From NCBI RefSeq assembly GCF_001194135.2, contig NC_068987.1:38365748-38402388 (forward strand): 36,641 nucleotides of DNA, written 5' to 3'. Every line of letters begins with the position of its first letter. The stretch's first letter is position 1. Origin of the DNA: Octopus bimaculoides (taxonomy: Eukaryota). The translations under genes were made by a program, and so were the position numbers. Below, piece after piece: positions 33,241 to 36,641 of this stretch. The notes beneath the pieces were generated by a model, which worked only from the letters and a program-made list of their open reading frames with translations, was not told the origin of the DNA and did not search any database.

Positions 33241-34500
33241 CACTTCTACTCCTTCACACATTTCTGACCATGTAACCTCTGTGAGAATCAATATTAACAC
33301 TATTTGTAATGTCATCATTAACTGCTCTGTAAGCAGATTTAACACTGATTACCGTCCTATGATAGAATATCTATATTAATGTCAGCTGACAAGTTTAAGG
33401 TAATTTCTACAAGATTTGGCTTGTCTAATCTACCTTATCTGTTATTAAAGTCTTCCAGATTTTCATGACAAGACTTTGGCTCTTTCCCAATAGTTATATT
33501 TGTGATATATTTTTCACCTGGCACAGAATCATCACAAAGTCATAAATGGTATAATTAAATCTACCTAATTATTTTAAAAAATACAGTTTATTTTTTTACT
33601 GTTTTACAAACATTTTTCTACATGTAGGAAGGGGCAACTTGTATGTGGGGCATCAACTACTTTTGTAGCTAGATACTCTTGTTACTGTGGATCCACTTAC
33701 TGCCCTGTTAATTTTATTGCTAGAGATAAAAAATATTTTCAGTATTTACTTCTCTACTAAGTTACCAGATTGTCTTATTCCAGGATAAGTACATTGTGCC
33801 AGACTGGATTAGGACTAGGAACATTTGCAGAATTTATACATCCAGGAATAATGATTATCAAAGATTTTGACATAAAAATGGAAGGTTTTCTTTGAGAGTA
33901 AATATATGAGATTACTTATTAATCATTACTCTCTTTTTGATCATTCTTGAAAACTTGAACAATCTTTGCTTAGAACACCAAACAATGACTTTTTGAAGTA
34001 CAATGAAATTCTTTTATTTAGGTAAAATTCATAACTTGAATTTGAAAAATTGTGAAATTACTATGTTGCATCTTGTCTATTTATCTACTATCTGTAACTA
34101 TTTCAGTTTTATTATCACTCAGCTTAGAAGGGAACCAAGTAAGAAGAAACAAAATATGAAGCAACCAAAATCAATAAACAGTTTCTAGAATCAGTATAAA
34201 CATAGTTTATAATGTATATGAAGACAGAGGTGTTAACATCTGTCAATTACATAAAGCGCTAGCTAAACTGTAGAATATAGCACATAAACCTAACTGTCAA
34301 TGAAATCTCTTTATATGTCATTAAATTCTCTATACATGTTCAAAAATATTCTAATATTTGTTTTTCCTCAGAACATCAAATAAGCTAGTTTTTTCAGTTG
34401 TTGTATACTTTGAATACCGTAGGTTTATTTTTACATTTTTTTGCTGTCTTTATGAAAACTTTATTTTTCTCTGGTGGAAGAAATGGAGAATACTTTATAT

Positions 34501-34597
34501 ATGTATGTGCATATATGTATATATGTGTTTGTATGTGTATATATATGTATATATGTAAATATATATGTGTATATATATGTATGTGTATATATATATA

Positions 34598-34657
<60 letters not shown>
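34501..34657 (+). repeat. (AT)n/(GT)n compound microsatellite
   Basis: Directly visible. Confidence 0.95.
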
Positions 34658-34659
<2 letters not shown>

Positions 34660-34823
34660 TATCAGTTAGTGGAGTTTAAAACCTCTAAGGGATAATTAAA
34701 TCCAAAGGTTCTCCTGGTTATTACTTGAGTAGGTACAGTCCTTTGTAAAGTTGTACGGTAGCAGGTAGTTTTTGTTTCAGCACATGATCTCAGATCAGGT
34801 CACTTGCTATGCAAGTACATCTC

Positions 34824-34866
<43 letters not shown>

Positions 34867-34868
<2 letters not shown>

Positions 34869-35002
34869 CACAGGAGTGGCTGTGTGGTAAGAAGCTTGCT
34901 TCCCAACCACATGGTTCCAGGTTCCATCCCACTGCATGGCACATTCAACAAGTGTCTTCTACTATAGCCTCGGGCTGACCAAAGCCTTGTGAATGGATTT
35001 GG
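34867..35002 (+). mobile_element. tRNA-derived SINE, 5' half
   Basis: ggcacaggagTGGCTGTGTGGtaag (A box-like)...ggttccatccc (B box-like)...aagtgtcttctactatagcctcggg. It is preceded by (TA)n. Confidence 0.85.
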
Positions 35003-35814
35003 TGGTCAGATGTAAACATATATATGTATGTTTGTAATATCATTATTTCTGAATCTTCAGATTTTTAAATTTGCTAGGTCACTGGTTTTAAATTGATATT
35101 AATCAAATTAATATTCAATTTGTCACCCTTATCATTTAAATTTATATATATATACCTATTTATGTGAGCATGTGTCTGTTGCTGCCCTATTCCCTAGCAG
35201 AAGCCAATGTGGCATAGCCACAGAGAAAGCAAACTATTAACTAACAATCAACATGGGAAAAACAAGTGGTTAACAGAGAGAGGGAGAGCAGTGAAATTTT
35301 TTTTCAAAATTAGGGATGGTTGAAAGCAAAACATGAAGAGATGGAATTTTCGAGATTTAGAGCAAGAGTAAACAGAATTAAACAATTGGATATCTTAACT
35401 TTGCATTAACATGCCACTAAATGAATAGCAATAGTAATTATAAAGAGTACTATAGAGTGAAACAGATTGAACATTTGCATTCTTAACTTCAACTATAGCT
35501 GTAACTATAACCTACAATATGGAGTTAGTCAAACTGTGACAAAAATAGATAAATAAATGAATGAATAACAATAATAATAATCATAATGAACGTTAAAGTG
35601 ACAGAGAATTGAATTGACCATAGGGTTTCTTAAGTTCACTATAACATATGGCATAGAATAAATGAAACTGTGTACGTACATTGATAAATTAATGAATAAT
35701 AATAGTAATTATAATTTGCATTGTAAAATGAGGTTTAGATGTATGCTAAGTTGGAAACAAGAGTTGTTTATCTGAACATTTTCTGTTTTTCTGACTTCCA
35801 CTTTGTGAGGCAAG

Positions 35815-35860
<46 letters not shown>

Positions 35861-36049
35861 AATTATATGTATTTATTATATCCTAATTAATAATAATTCG
35901 GATAGAATAAATGGGTTAATAGAAACCAGGGTAGCAAAGATCACAAAATAACTGTGGTGTAATTCCTGTTTTTGAGGAAGAAACGCCTTGATATTTTGGG
36001 TATTTGAGTATATATAAATTTAAGGAATGGAATGAACGCATGTTATAAC

Positions 36050-36083
<34 letters not shown>

Positions 36084-36086
<3 letters not shown>

Positions 36087-36300
36087 TTTTATTCTTTTAC
36101 TTGTTTCAGTCATTTGACTGTGACCATGCTAGAGCACCACCTCCAGTCAAGCAAATCGACCCAGGATTTACTTGTTTGAAGCATAGTACCTATTCTATCA
36201 GTTCCCTTGCCAAACTGCTAAGTTATGGGGACAGAAACACACCAACATCAGTTGTCAAGTGATGGTAGAGGGATAAACACTGACACACAAATGCATACAT
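36084..36300 (-). mobile_element. tRNA-derived SINE, 3' half
   Basis: cttttacttgtttcagtcatttgactg...gccaaactgctaagttatgggga tail and core. Confidence 0.85.
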
Positions 36301-36307
36301 ACATACA

Positions 36308-36641
36308 TCATCAACATCATCGTTTAACATCCGCTTTCCATGCTAGCATGGGTTGGACGATTTGACTGAGGACTGGTGAAACCGGATGGCAACACCAGGC
36401 TCCAATCTAATTTGGCAGAGTTTCTACAGCTGGATGCCCTTCCTAACACCAACCACTCAAAGAGTGTAGTGGGTGCTTTTACGTGTCACCCGCACGAAAA
36501 CGGCCACGCTCGAAATGGTGTCTTTTATGTGCCACCTGCACAAGAGCCAGTCCAGGGGCACTGGCAACGATCTCGCTCGAAAACCCTACAAAGGCCAGTC
36601 AGGCGGTACTGGCAACGGTCACGCTCAAGATGGTACATCTT
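36308..36641 (-). mobile_element. RTE LINE 3' end (runs off the window)
   Basis: catcatc-gtttaacatccgctttccatgctagcatgggttggacg, closely similar to 28051-28582. Confidence 0.85.

Overview
AT-rich eukaryotic genomic DNA with six assembly gaps and abundant (AT)n/(GT)n/(CAT)n microsatellites. The SINE and RTE-LINE families look like those of Octopus; this is inferred from recognising the families, not from a search. No complete gene is present and the window reads as intronic or intergenic. It is mostly decayed mobile elements: Penelope-like elements (GIY-YIG fragments, pLTRs), RTE and CR1-type LINEs, tRNA-derived SINEs, two Tc1/mariner elements, a hAT-like element, a probable Helitron-like element and a Gypsy integrase remnant. 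The best unexplained signals are: (1) a 269-bp palindrome (3925-4193) whose arms each carry a minimal type-I hammerhead ribozyme with a compensatory U3-A8 core; (2) a second hammerhead with a canonical core at 31847-31931 (-), plus several decayed ones; (3) a Penelope copy split by an inversion with a 64/65-identical inverted duplication; (4) four co-oriented, diverged ~90-bp repeats at 19.9-24.3 kb, overlapping a speculative minus-strand exon chain with a GC-AG intron. All family names and alignments were made by eye.
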